From Dehalococcoidia bacterium (GTDB taxonomy: Bacteria > Chloroflexota > Dehalococcoidia > Lucifugimonadales > UBA3495), in contig CBDCPM010000001.1 in assembly GCA_965220265.1 (NCBI GenBank), positions 30,803 to 94,802 of the forward strand: a stretch of DNA of 64,000 nt, in the 5' to 3' direction. Shown here one piece after another: positions 32,573 to 41,979 of the stretch (positions within the stretch are counted from its first letter, which is position 1; each line of letters begins with the position of its first letter). Below the pieces are notes generated by a model. That model was not told the origin of the DNA and did not search any database. It saw nothing but the letters and a program-made list of their open reading frames with translations. The position numbers were made by a program, and so were the translations under genes.

Positions 32573-32676
32573 CCTACATCGCCGAGCGCCGGAACGCCGG
32601 CTATTGCCGGTGATTTCGCCCATCGACACAGCGGTGCGAAGCTTGCCGAATTCCAAGATTAGATCGCCCCGAAGTG

Positions 32677-32705
32677 TTGACAAGAACCTGAACCCGGCAA
32701 TAAGT
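32677..32705 (+). promoter_or_regulatory. Sigma70-like promoter for the replicon operon
   Basis: TTGACA (32677-32682), a 17-nt spacer, then ATAAGT (32700-32705). It lies about 55 nt upstream of the first gene of the module. Confidence 0.45.
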
Positions 32706-32761
32706 TACCCATGTTCTGGTAATACATTACCGGGAATATTGCCATTATGAGGGGAGATCAA

Positions 32762-33136
32762 ATGCCGACCATCGACGATCGACTGTCCGACACGGCGATA
32801 CGTTTGGGTCGCTACGAAGGCCCTGGAGGGTTCAGTGTTTGGCGCGACGATTCACCCGACGGGATCATGTTGATCGGCATTATCTGGGAAAAGTCGACCA
32901 AGGATGGCATGAAACGAGAATCATGGGATGCCTACGGATCCGTCCACTGGCCCGCAGCGCGTATGGCCACCGGCTATGACTTGGCGTCGGCGCGTTTGCA
33001 GGCACTGGAGATGCTTGCTCGGAACGGCGTCCTGAGCACCGACGCCGACGCAAACCTCTCCGGGTGGCTCGAGTCGGGCGAGGATATGCCTGTCATGGCT
33101 TCTGCCAGGACCTTCCTGCCAGAACTGGCAATCTAG
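32762..33136 (+). CDS. Hypothetical protein (124 aa)
   Basis: ORF 32747..33136. The second ATG (32762) follows GGGGAGatcaa. I recognised no family. Confidence 0.5.
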   Translation: MPTIDDRLSDTAIRLGRYEGPGGFSVWRDDSPDGIMLIGIIWEKSTKDGMKRESWDAYGSVHWPAARMATGYDLASARLQALEMLARNGVLSTDADANLSGWLESGEDMPVMASARTFLPELAI

Positions 33137-33215
33137 GTAATCGTAGAAAAAAGTTGGGATATGGCCGGCGCGCGTCGCCATTTCACAGTGCAGAGAGAGC
33201 AAAGTCAGGAGCGCT

Positions 33216-33368
33216 ATGGCACGGGACAAGCGAATGACCGTCATGGTCGAACCGGAGTTCTTGGACGAGGTGAAAGAGGCGGCCAGAAAGCGGCGGATGA
33301 AGATGTCCGAATGGGTCCGCTGGGTGGTCGAGAACGAACTCAGGCTCGAGAAGGACCGGGAGTCATGA
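33216..33368 (+). CDS. Ribbon-helix-helix (CopG-like) small DNA-binding protein, 50 aa
   Basis: It is below the ORF-track size cut-off. ATG 33216 follows AGGAgcgct. The translation is MARDKRMTVMVEPEFLDEVKEAARKRRMKMSEWVRWVVENELRLEKDRES, a beta-strand then two helices as in RHH proteins. Its stop overlaps the next start (ATGA at 33365-33368). Confidence 0.6.
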   Translation: MARDKRMTVMVEPEFLDEVKEAARKRRMKMSEWVRWVVENELRLEKDRES

Positions 33369-34528
33369 CAACGGCCAGCTCCGTTGACTGGCCAGGCCTG
33401 GTACAGGCTGTCGCCACGTCGCTGGTGGGCGAACCGACCCACAAGACCGCCACCGAGTGGCGTTTCCGGCGCCGCGGTTCGCTGGCCATCAACGTGGCCG
33501 GAGAGCACGCCGGCCAGTGGTACGACTTCGAGGCTGGTGTTGGCGGCGGCGGCGTGGATCTGGTGACTCATCTCATGGGCTGTGATCGGTCGGCCGCAGT
33601 GGCTTGGCTGCAGGACCAACGCCTGCTGCCCGACACTCCGTGCCGCGTCGCAGTAGGCTGTCCCGTGCCGCCTCCCAAACCTGTCGCAAATCGTGCTGAT
33701 CCCCCCGATCACGCTGACCGCGTCGCGTGGGCGCGGACCACCTGGCGGATGGGTGAGCCGGTACCGAGAGATCGTGCTCATCCCGTGCGACAGTGGTTGG
33801 TCAGGCGCCACCTTTGGCACCCAGAACTGCCGGTACCCGATGGGCTGCGGTGGCTGCCAGCCGCCGCCGAGAGGCGCCGCCACAGTGGGGCCGGGAGCAT
33901 CGTCGCCCTTGCCGCCGAGCCATTGGAATGGGCACTTTCCTGGCCCCAGTTGCCGCCGGCGCGAGGTGTCCAACTCATCGCGGTTGCCCCTGATGGCGCG
34001 GCCGCGGAGCTGGAGACCAGGTCCGGCTGGCTGGGCAAGCAGAGCCGCGGGATGTTGACCGATTGCGTTGCCGTGTTTGGCAACCCCCTCTGGGCCGAGG
34101 TCACCGCGCCGGCGCGCATCGCCGAGGGTATCGCCGATACTCTGGCGCTGGCCAGCCGCTACGAAGGCCCCGCATTGGGTACCTTGGGCACGGGTTCGAT
34201 GCGTTCCGACAACTTGGCTTCATGGTTGGCCAGCGCGCCTTCGGGCTCCGTCATCCACTGCGATGACGATCCTGGCGGACAGCGGGCCGCCGCCGATTTG
34301 CGACGGGCTATCAGGGCTGCGGGCGGACGTTGCACCGCGGTCCTGCCTGCTGTTGATGGCGCCAAGGATCCGGCAGCCGCGGCAGCCAGCTTCCCACCCC
34401 TGCCGTCCCTTCCTCCGGAATGGCGCGATTACGCGGTGACGTTGCGGGACTGCAATCCAACCTGGGCAGTGTGGGAGGTTTACCGGCAGGCCGGTGTGGC
34501 TTTCTTCGTTCCAGAGGATGGCGGGTGA
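33365..34528 (+). CDS. Primase-like protein with a C-terminal Toprim domain
   Basis: WRFRRRGSLAINVAGEHAGQWYDFEAGVGGGGVDLVTHLMGCDRSAAVAWL resembles the N-terminal module of plasmid and phage primases. The Toprim signatures are IAEGIADTLAL (Glu) and VIHCDDDPGGQRAA (DxD). ORF 33161.. is trimmed to the ATG coupled to the RHH gene. Confidence 0.7.
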   Translation: MTTASSVDWPGLVQAVATSLVGEPTHKTATEWRFRRRGSLAINVAGEHAGQWYDFEAGVGGGGVDLVTHLMGCDRSAAVAWLQDQRLLPDTPCRVAVGCPVPPPKPVANRADPPDHADRVAWARTTWRMGEPVPRDRAHPVRQWLVRRHLWHPELPVPDGLRWLPAAAERRRHSGAGSIVALAAEPLEWALSWPQLPPARGVQLIAVAPDGAAAELETRSGWLGKQSRGMLTDCVAVFGNPLWAEVTAPARIAEGIADTLALASRYEGPALGTLGTGSMRSDNLASWLASAPSGSVIHCDDDPGGQRAAADLRRAIRAAGGRCTAVLPAVDGAKDPAAAAASFPPLPSLPPEWRDYAVTLRDCNPTWAVWEVYRQAGVAFFVPEDGG

Positions 34529-34530
34529 GT

Positions 34531-35664
34531 ATGACGTCGCTCGATGGCATACTCGCCGGCGAGGAGCTCGGTGCCACCGGGCAGGACCACCTGTCCGAAC
34601 TTAGGGCGTGGCTCAGAGCCAACCCCGAGGATCAACTGGTTCGCGATGAGCTGCGTCGGTTGGCCAGCGAGCTGGATACCATCGGCGAGATCGCCAACCA
34701 GCGCGAGGTACGGGCGATCACCGATATCACCGGCAACTTACCCCGTTCCCTGCTCTCGGTCGCGGGCGGCAATGGGGCCATCTTGACCGAAGGCAGCGTG
34801 GCGCTGTTGGCCGGTGCCGGAGGTGTCGGCAAGTCGGCCCTGATGGTCTCCTTGGCCCTGGGCGTCGCCCGGCTGGGCGACGGCGTCCGCGGTGCGGTGG
34901 TCGAGGGAATATTCGACGGTGTCGGCGGTCCGGTGATACTGGTCACCTACGAGGACGTTCCCGAGGTGACCGCCTGGCGAATGCGTAATCTGGTGGCCGA
35001 GGTGATGGGGCGGGAGACCGAGGAAGCGCGCCAGGAGGTCTTTGGTCGAATCTACGTGATCGATCTGTTGGGCCGCCCGCTGTTCGGCCCTATGTCCACC
35101 CCCGGCCGTTCGGCGTCTTACAATGCTCCCCCCGGTCCGCTTACTGGTTGGTCCGATCTGTGGTTGGCGGCCGCCAGGATAAGGCCGGGTCTCATCATCG
35201 TTGACCCGGCACTGTCCGCTTTCTCGGGGGAGAGCAACGCGGCGGCGCCCGTTCGGGAGTTTCTGGGGGCGCTATCCCTCCGGGCCAAGACCCTTGGTAC
35301 CGGCGTTCTCCTCACCGCTCACTCCAACAAGGCAGCCCGTGGTGGCATGCAGGACCCCTATGACCCCGGCCAGGTGGGTGGCAGCGCGGCCTGGGTGGAC
35401 GGCGCCAGGGGCGTTCTGGCCATGACCCGCCCTCAGACGGAGGATGACGATGAGAACGCCGGAGGCAGCGAGTTGCAACTAGCGGTTGCCAAGAGCAACT
35501 ACGGCCCCTCCCTGGTCACCGTGGGCCTGAATTCAATACGTGCCGCCGGGGGCGCCATCGTCGGCTTCAGGGCCGAAGGCACTTGGACCGGGCCGGGTCT
35601 GAATTATGCTCAGCAGCAATCCGCTCAAGGGTCGAGCAAGAAATATGCTTCCATCGCGGATTGA
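34531..35664 (+). CDS. RepA-like RecA-fold ATPase (AAA_25 type)
   Basis: Walker A is LLAGAGGVGKSALMVSLALG and Walker B is GLIIVDPALSAF. The LLTAHSNKAAR motif is also present. The ATG at 34531 lies 2 nt after the primase stop. Confidence 0.8.
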   Translation: MTSLDGILAGEELGATGQDHLSELRAWLRANPEDQLVRDELRRLASELDTIGEIANQREVRAITDITGNLPRSLLSVAGGNGAILTEGSVALLAGAGGVGKSALMVSLALGVARLGDGVRGAVVEGIFDGVGGPVILVTYEDVPEVTAWRMRNLVAEVMGRETEEARQEVFGRIYVIDLLGRPLFGPMSTPGRSASYNAPPGPLTGWSDLWLAAARIRPGLIIVDPALSAFSGESNAAAPVREFLGALSLRAKTLGTGVLLTAHSNKAARGGMQDPYDPGQVGGSAAWVDGARGVLAMTRPQTEDDDENAGGSELQLAVAKSNYGPSLVTVGLNSIRAAGGAIVGFRAEGTWTGPGLNYAQQQSAQGSSKKYASIAD

Positions 35665-37216
35665 TACAGAGATAACCTCAGTCTACGAGGTCTACCACGC
35701 CCAAGAGGGAAACTCGCCTGAGTCGGTACTTGGTGCGCCCTCCAAGGACGACGTGGCCCAGACCCGCGAGATCCTGATCAACGAAATGGGCGGGCCGGAG
35801 CCCCAGGAGCTGGTTGCCTGGCTGATGGCTGGTGAGTGCCCCATGGATGCTCTACAGGAGTGTGCCGGCTGGATGGAGCGCATGTGGACGGAACAGGGGC
35901 TGCCCGTTGACGACCACATGATAGTCTCGGCGGCGGGCATGGCCAGGCTGGTCAGATTCAAACTGCCGGCCCTGAAGGCTCAGTGGGAGGAACTGGAGGG
36001 CAAGGATGTCCGGTTCCCGCTGGCGCCGGTGGTAAAGGCGTGGCAGGAACGTCCCCAACTGGTGGAGCCGGAACGTCGTTCCAGAGGAATCATCCCGGCC
36101 ACCTTCGCCCGGCGCAATCACCGGCTGCCCTTCCTGAGCAATCCCCAGCCGCCGGCCCTTCCCGGTTATGTCGAATCCGACATTACCCAAGCCCATCTGC
36201 CCGGCCTGATTCCTGACCGGCCTCCCTTGCCGGCGCTGCTCTCCCTGTACGACCGAGCGGCGGCCCCTCTGCGTCGTGGTCGGGGGGCGGCTCTGTCGCT
36301 GCGCCTGTTTATCGAGTCGCTCCTCTCCCTGCCTGTGGCGGCCCGCGACGGACGATTGCACGAGCTGCGCTTCACCATACGGGAGGTTGCCGGGGAATGG
36401 CTGGGGTGGAACCTCAAGGATTACCGTCCCACTGGTGCCCAGAAGGGCATGGCGCTCCGGCGCGCGGTCAACGAGGTCCGCGGTATGTTCGTTGATATGC
36501 CGCGGGGCGGCCTCTACTACCCAATATCGCCCCTGGCCATCTCGGGCCTTAAGCTGGAGGACCAGTTAGCCTTGATCGTGTGTCTCCCGTCAGGCTCGGA
36601 CGTCGGCCCCCCCGTGGACCGCACGATACTGCGGCAGTTAGGCAAAGTCTCCGGTCCGGCCTACCGGGCCTACCTGGCTCTTTGTTGCGAATGGGACCGG
36701 GTGGGTGGCCACAACGGTAGGCTCATCCGTCCCACACGTCCCGGCGTGATGCGATCGTCCGGCGGCCACGTTGTGGACAACCAGGGCAACGTGCTGCTGG
36801 GCAAAGGAGATCGGCCGGTGAACTCGCCCTACCATACCAACGCCGTACGAACCGGCCGCAGCGAGGCGAACCCTGCGCGTTTCAAGTACCGCGAGTATTC
36901 ATCGGGCGATCTCATCGGGATCTGCTATCCAACTGACGTTCTGACCCGCGATTCCGACCTCAGAAAGTACAAGCACCGGGCCCGCAAGGCCATTATCGAC
37001 ATCGCGGCCATGGGCGGTTGCACCATCGAGCGTCTCGGAAGCAATCCTCGCAACGACGGCCTGCCCTGGCGGGTGATGCCGCCAGATCCGTACTGGCCGC
37101 CGGACAGCTATCCGACGGTCGAGTCTGGCAACTCCGATTATCAACAGTTGCCGGCCGACATTCTCCTCACCGTGGGTCAGGGAGTGGCCCCAGTAGGGGC
37201 AGACATTTTTGAGTAG
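35645..37216 (+). CDS. Large hypothetical protein, putative replication initiator or accessory protein
   Basis: About 523 aa with an uncertain start (ATG at 35606 or 35645, overlapping the upstream gene end). I recognised no motifs. The functional guess rests only on its position between RepA-like ATPase and an inverted iteron copy. Confidence 0.45.
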   Translation: MLPSRIDTEITSVYEVYHAQEGNSPESVLGAPSKDDVAQTREILINEMGGPEPQELVAWLMAGECPMDALQECAGWMERMWTEQGLPVDDHMIVSAAGMARLVRFKLPALKAQWEELEGKDVRFPLAPVVKAWQERPQLVEPERRSRGIIPATFARRNHRLPFLSNPQPPALPGYVESDITQAHLPGLIPDRPPLPALLSLYDRAAAPLRRGRGAALSLRLFIESLLSLPVAARDGRLHELRFTIREVAGEWLGWNLKDYRPTGAQKGMALRRAVNEVRGMFVDMPRGGLYYPISPLAISGLKLEDQLALIVCLPSGSDVGPPVDRTILRQLGKVSGPAYRAYLALCCEWDRVGGHNGRLIRPTRPGVMRSSGGHVVDNQGNVLLGKGDRPVNSPYHTNAVRTGRSEANPARFKYREYSSGDLIGICYPTDVLTRDSDLRKYKHRARKAIIDIAAMGGCTIERLGSNPRNDGLPWRVMPPDPYWPPDSYPTVESGNSDYQQLPADILLTVGQGVAPVGADIFE

Positions 37217-37226
37217 GAAAAGCCCT

Positions 37227-37247
37227 GAAAACGGGACACCAAAACAC
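37227..37247 (-). repeat. Single inverted iteron copy
   Basis: GAAAACGGGACACCAAAACAC is the reverse complement of GTGTTTTGGTGTCCCGTTTTC (the repeat-3 variant of the array). It lies 11 nt after the stop at 37216. A degenerate inverted copy (16 of 18 nt shared with the iteron core) lies at 32121-32138. Confidence 0.8.
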
Positions 37248-37300
37248 ACGGCTCCGTTCGGCCCCTGCGCGGTGTCTGGCTCCGGCTGCGAGGGAGAATT

Positions 37301-37648
37301 GTGTTGACCAATTACGAACGACTGCTCTTGAAGGCGTATCAGAAGAAATACGGTCCTCAAGAGTCGTTGTTCAGGTTTTCCAAAAGCCATTGGCCCGACT
37401 GTGCATACGCGGCCAATGTAACGGCGCCGATCATGATGCCTGATTCCACGCCGCACCCGCTCATATCATGCAATGGGTGCCTTTTTCGCAAGCAGTACAT
37501 GATCGCGGTCAGATGCAACCCGAACCGACCGGACTGGTTATCCCGGGATAACGACTGTGAACTTTGTGCCTACGGGTGGGACTGCCAAACCTGGTTTCGT
37601 GTCAGCGGCGCCGGCGAAGCGGTGGAGGTCGTCTTACGGACGGTGTGA
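37301..37648 (+). CDS. Cys-rich hypothetical protein (115 aa)
   Basis: A GTG start 4 nt after GAGGGAG. It contains CNGC...C...C..C...C cysteine clusters. I recognised no family. Confidence 0.45.
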   Translation: MLTNYERLLLKAYQKKYGPQESLFRFSKSHWPDCAYAANVTAPIMMPDSTPHPLISCNGCLFRKQYMIAVRCNPNRPDWLSRDNDCELCAYGWDCQTWFRVSGAGEAVEVVLRTV

Positions 37649-38389
37649 CCGGAAGGCTGATCACCCCGTCACGTGGGGCGATACAGGATTAGTGCCGTTT
37701 CTGTCCAAAGAGCAAAACAGCCTGCGTTTTCCCACCAAATCTGACCTGTTGAGATTTCGTAATGGCATCCCGCCCAGCGTGATCATCATTGACCATGCCA
37801 CCGTTCCTCAAATCGCACGGGAAGTCAGAACGGAAGAGTTTCCTGTCGAGGCGCCGGAAGAACGCGCCGAGCGCTGGCGCAACGCTGACCGTGCCGAGAG
37901 GAAACGTATGTTGGCTGAATGGCGATGACTTTGTTGTTGGACGCGTCGCGAGATGATCACCGGATCAGCCTTCCGCACGCGCACCGTGAGACGGATTACA
38001 AAAGAGCTGACCTGCGTCGCCGACTATTGGCGATTGTGCCCGGTGAGCATCCATCAGGTGGTGCCGAGGGAAAAATTAGAACACGCCCGAAAATCACCGT
38101 TTTGGGCTGGTTTGCGCCGCAATCGCCGGGGCTCAGCCTTGGAGAGGCCGAGAAGCAGCCGCAAAGGTACTGTGGGATCTGTCGATGCGAATGCCCTCTG
38201 GCCTTTTTAGAACAGGATCTCGACCCCAGTTTCCTGCCATGCTGGCGGGGGCTGACCTAGCCGAGCATTCGTCGGCAAACAACCTGAAAATTGCACCTGC
38301 CATTAATGACAACAGCGGTGTGATGTTGTTATGGTGCATAGGTGACGCGGTGCATAGGTAAGATGGTGTGATGCAGGAGGTCAGCAGCT

Positions 38390-39052
38390 ATGCCGGTGAT
38401 CGCCATAGTCAATCAGAAGGGGGGCGTCGGCAAAACATGCTTGGCTACCAACTTGGCTTCTGCTTTAGGTAACGGAGAACCAACGCTTCTTCTGGATTGC
38501 GATCCCCAGGGCAGCGCGTCGGGTTGGATCGCCCTGGCTCCCCAGGAACGGCTGCAACTCACGGTCCGGGCCGTAGAGGAAGGAACTTTGGTCCGCCAGG
38601 TGAGAGCAGCCGTCGATGAATATCAATGGGTTGTCATCGACTGTCCCCCGGGCATCACCCGTGTCAATGCGGACGCCATTCGCGCGTCTGACATCGTACT
38701 CATACCCTGCAAGCCCCGTGTTTGGGACGTGTGGGCCTGCGAAGATATCGTTGAGGCGGTGAAGCACCGGCAGGCCGGGAATCGGGGACGGCCCAAAGCT
38801 GCGTTCGTCATTAGCATGGGGCGACCCCGCACACGCTTTACCCAGCAGATCAGCACAGCGCTGGCGGAACTGGGGTTGCCCATCTTGCAGGGGCGCACTA
38901 CGGAAAGAGAGGCCTATGCTGTGGCGGCCGGCGAGGGAAAGTCAGTGCTCGAAGGCCGGGACCGGGTGGCCATGGCTGAGATTAACGCTATTTGCGACGA
39001 AGTACAGGAGATGTGTGATGGCATTCGCGCGAAGACCCGAATCGCCCGATAA
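38390..39052 (+). CDS. parA: ParA/Soj-family partition ATPase
   Basis: MPVIAIVNQKGGVGKTCLATNLASAL...LLLDCDPQGS is the deviant Walker A of ParA. The ATG follows GGAGG. Confidence 0.9.
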   Translation: MPVIAIVNQKGGVGKTCLATNLASALGNGEPTLLLDCDPQGSASGWIALAPQERLQLTVRAVEEGTLVRQVRAAVDEYQWVVIDCPPGITRVNADAIRASDIVLIPCKPRVWDVWACEDIVEAVKHRQAGNRGRPKAAFVISMGRPRTRFTQQISTALAELGLPILQGRTTEREAYAVAAGEGKSVLEGRDRVAMAEINAICDEVQEMCDGIRAKTRIAR

Positions 39053-39233
39053 CCAGGAACGGAGAGAGGCCTTCCGGGAGCAGGCGGGCGCGCCGAACGT
39101 TACCGTGCTGCACTGCCGCATCCCTTCTGAACTGCACCGGCGGTTACGGCATCTGGTGGTTGACGAGGATTCCAGCGTGACGGCTATGGTCATCGAGATG
39201 CTGGAGGAAGGCCTCCAGCGACGCGGCCGCTAG
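39018..39233 (+). CDS. Small RHH-type partner of ParA (ParG-like centromere-binding protein candidate)
   Basis: 71 aa from the ATG at 39018, overlapping the parA end. VTVLHCRIPSELHRRLRHLVVDEDSSVTAMVIEMLEEGLQRRG has the RHH beta-alpha-alpha pattern. Confidence 0.55.
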   Translation: MAFARRPESPDNQERREAFREQAGAPNVTVLHCRIPSELHRRLRHLVVDEDSSVTAMVIEMLEEGLQRRGR

Positions 39234-39452
39234 CGCATTATGGCAGCACGGGGTGCTCTGATAATCGGGTGCTTTGGTTATTTGGTGCAACAATCAAATG
39301 GTGAGATGGTAATCTCACACGCCTCCGTGCGGCCTCCCCTGCCGATGCTCTCGTATAGCGGCGATGTGTCGAAGGCGGCAGAGATCCGCTGACTACGGGT
39401 GTTCTACTTGAGCGGCTGACGTCGATGGCAACATTATTGGGGCCCATTGAAA

Positions 39453-40514
39453 ATGGCCAACGAACACACGCTGTTGAGTTTCATCGCCAGGCGGTACATC
39501 GCCGCCCGGGAGGACGCCGCCACCGATGCGCTCGGGTTCATACTGAACCGGTCGGAGGCGGCTAGAAATAGGCTTACGGACATCTTGCGTGAGCAAGTGC
39601 CCAACATTGTGCCGGTTGCTACGGTCAAAAACCAATTCTCCGACGCTGATGGAGGCATCCCTGATGTGGCGTGTTTCGACGCGGCCGGCCAAGTCCAAGC
39701 TCTCATAGAGGCCAAATTTTCGGCGCCTTTGACACATCATCAACCGAACACCTATTGGCAACGTCTGCCGCCCGACGTGCCAACGGCCCTCGTTTTCCTG
39801 GCTCCATCTGACCGATTGGATCATCTGCTCGGCGATTTGACCGAACGTCTCAAAGCAGTCGGCTTCCGGATGGGCGATCAGCACGGCGCAACTAACCTCA
39901 TCACGGTTCGGGATACGGCGAGCCTGCGTCACCTGATACTGATCAGTTGGGATGAGTTGCTGGACCGGTTAGCACAACCGGCGAGATCGGGTGAGGATTC
40001 GCAAACCCAGTTTGAAATCGAACAACTCCGAGGCCTCGTCAGACGTGAATACGATGAAACCGATCTCCGTAGGGACCGGGTTTTGCAGGATCTCATCCGG
40101 GAGGCTCTCAATCGGGCAGCGCGACGCGGGTGGGCCAACACCGAGAACTTGAGCAGCGGTGGACATAGTGAGTTCGCTGGCAGATATTTGCTGCTTGCTG
40201 GAACCTACGCCTTCCTCGGCGTGAACCGCAAAGCTTGGCGAGCGACAGATCGCCCCTTGTGGCTGATATTCAACAGGTACGGCGGCAGCCGTGAACGCGT
40301 CCCGACCGAAGAGGTCCGCGTGAAACTGGGTGGTCGGGGCAATTCGGAATGGCCTCTGTATCGGGCTGACGACTACTGTGTGCCTCTGGAGATGCCGCCG
40401 CCGGGTGCCGCCGCCGAGGCAAGGATCGCCTCCGTGGTTGCTCAACTCGAAGAAATTGCCCAATTGATCGATCCCCGCGGACCAACTTATCCTGTCCTGA
40501 CGGGTGCCCAATGA
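39453..40514 (+). CDS. PD-(D/E)xK nuclease-fold protein, family not recognised
   Basis: GGIPDVACFDAAGQVQALIEAKFSAPL gives a classic D...(D/E)xK arrangement (PD-x19-EAK) after an N-terminal helical region. The C-terminal 180 aa are unassigned. Confidence 0.5.
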   Translation: MANEHTLLSFIARRYIAAREDAATDALGFILNRSEAARNRLTDILREQVPNIVPVATVKNQFSDADGGIPDVACFDAAGQVQALIEAKFSAPLTHHQPNTYWQRLPPDVPTALVFLAPSDRLDHLLGDLTERLKAVGFRMGDQHGATNLITVRDTASLRHLILISWDELLDRLAQPARSGEDSQTQFEIEQLRGLVRREYDETDLRRDRVLQDLIREALNRAARRGWANTENLSSGGHSEFAGRYLLLAGTYAFLGVNRKAWRATDRPLWLIFNRYGGSRERVPTEEVRVKLGGRGNSEWPLYRADDYCVPLEMPPPGAAAEARIASVVAQLEEIAQLIDPRGPTYPVLTGAQ

Positions 40515-40772
40515 TCTGACCCACTTGGGATCTCGCAGGCCATCGCACCGAACGACCTGTCATCCAACGTTCTAACACCGCCCACATCTGGATGAACTGA
40601 TGTGCCGCTGGTCACGGTTGCTTTGGCCAGCCATGCTAAGCGTTGCAGAAGAGGTGCCGCCTGGAGCGAGAATATCGGCCCCTCATAAAAGTCTGATAAG
40701 GGCGATTTATCGGATATTTATGGACAGTCGGGACAAGCCAAGCCGGCCGCGAGTCCCGCAGAGGCAGACGTC

Positions 40773-41186
40773 ATGATCACGTTGGTGAGTTGGAACATCG
40801 CCATGAGGCTCCAGGCGGTGGATGAGCTACTGGCCATGGACGCCGACGTGGCCCTCCTGCAAGAGGTGGGTCCAGGGGCCCTGGAGCGCTTGGCCGTCGC
40901 TGGTGGCGACGTCGCGGTCAGTCCCCAGGACCCCTGGGAGCCCTGGCCGAGGGACCACTTCGACCGCTGGCCCATGGTGGTGAAGCTGTCGGATCGGGTG
41001 GAGGTGGAGTGGTTCAGGCAGATCCTGCCCAGTACCCCCAGTGAAGGTGACGACGAAATCGCCGTCAGCAACGTCGGTGTCGAAAACGGCCGCCAGGTGC
41101 TTACCCTGGCGGCCGTTGTTAGCGTTTCCGGACCAAAAGGCACTCAGTGCCTTTGGAAGAGTTTCAGGGCCCCTCAGCGGCTCTGA
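40773..41186 (+). pseudogene. Endonuclease/exonuclease/phosphatase (EEP) family gene, N-terminal half only
   Basis: MITLVSWNIAMRLQAVDELLAMDADVALLQEVGPG matches the EEP N-terminal motif (SWNi......l.......DvvlLQEv). The ORF stops at 137 aa, before any GDFN or SDH catalytic motifs. No clean continuation exists in other frames. Confidence 0.45.
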
Positions 41187-41979
41187 CGTAGAGTGTTTCC
41201 TGGGGAAACACCCTGGAACCGGCGATTTCCGCGACGTCCGCGGCCAGTGCGGTTCCAGGGTGATGTTGGTCAACTACGACGGCAACTCCACCAGCCGGTA
41301 TGGCGTCGAAGCCTGGTCCGATTTTCGCTTTCGCCGCCGCGGCGCCAGGGCGTGCAGGTCCGATGAGGTGAAAACAGAGCCTCTGCGGGTCTCTACGCCC
41401 GACCAATTCGCCGGGAAACGGCTCCATTGGGTCGATTGAGCTCCGGTTCTAATTTTGTGGCGCTCCAGGAGCAAGGCCGATGCAACGCTGGCGGTGCGCC
41501 TCGTGGCCGATGACAGCCGAATGCTGGGTGCGCCACCACATGAGCGGGAAACATCAGGGCACCCCCCGAAAACGGCCGAATCGCCCGATTTTGGGAAAAT
41601 CGTCGTTCTGAGAGCCGCGGAGAGGTCCTGAAACCGGTCCAGGCGACATAGCCCCCTTGCCGCGGGAAAAGGATCCTCCGATTTAGAACACGGCCCTTGC
41701 CGGCATCCGCTGGGCACCCTGTTGACCGCGGAGATGGTGTTGGAAGAGGAGGATCTGCCGACGACAGTTGCTGAAGGTGCGCGGACGTCGCACTTCCCCA
41801 CCTCAATCCGTGCCGGCTGCCGCCGAGCCTCCGCATCAAAAACCGGCGTCAGACCGTGTTGGTGGTGGGTAGTGGAAAATGGCCGACTGCCCCGGCGTAG
41901 GCGGAGCAAACGCCAGTCCCGTCAATATCCGACATGAAGACCCCGCGCCGCCCGAGCGCAGCGCCAAGGAGCAGAACCA

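Noticed and set aside
37692-38260. Small ORFs between the replicon and parA (37557..37928, 37919..38260, 37953..38210)
   Set aside because: The frames overlap one another, only weak SD signals are present (the best is AGGAttaGTG at 37692), and I recognised no motifs. The evidence is too thin to call any of them.
41041-41909. ORFs 41041..41439 (+), 41274..41909 (-) and 41393..41839 (-) as the missing half of the EEP nuclease or as independent genes
   Set aside because: None shows the GDFN or SDH catalytic motifs of EEP enzymes. GDFR and SDFR strings occur but are only about 35 aa apart. The compositions are Arg/Ser/Pro-rich, and there are no SD-supported starts.
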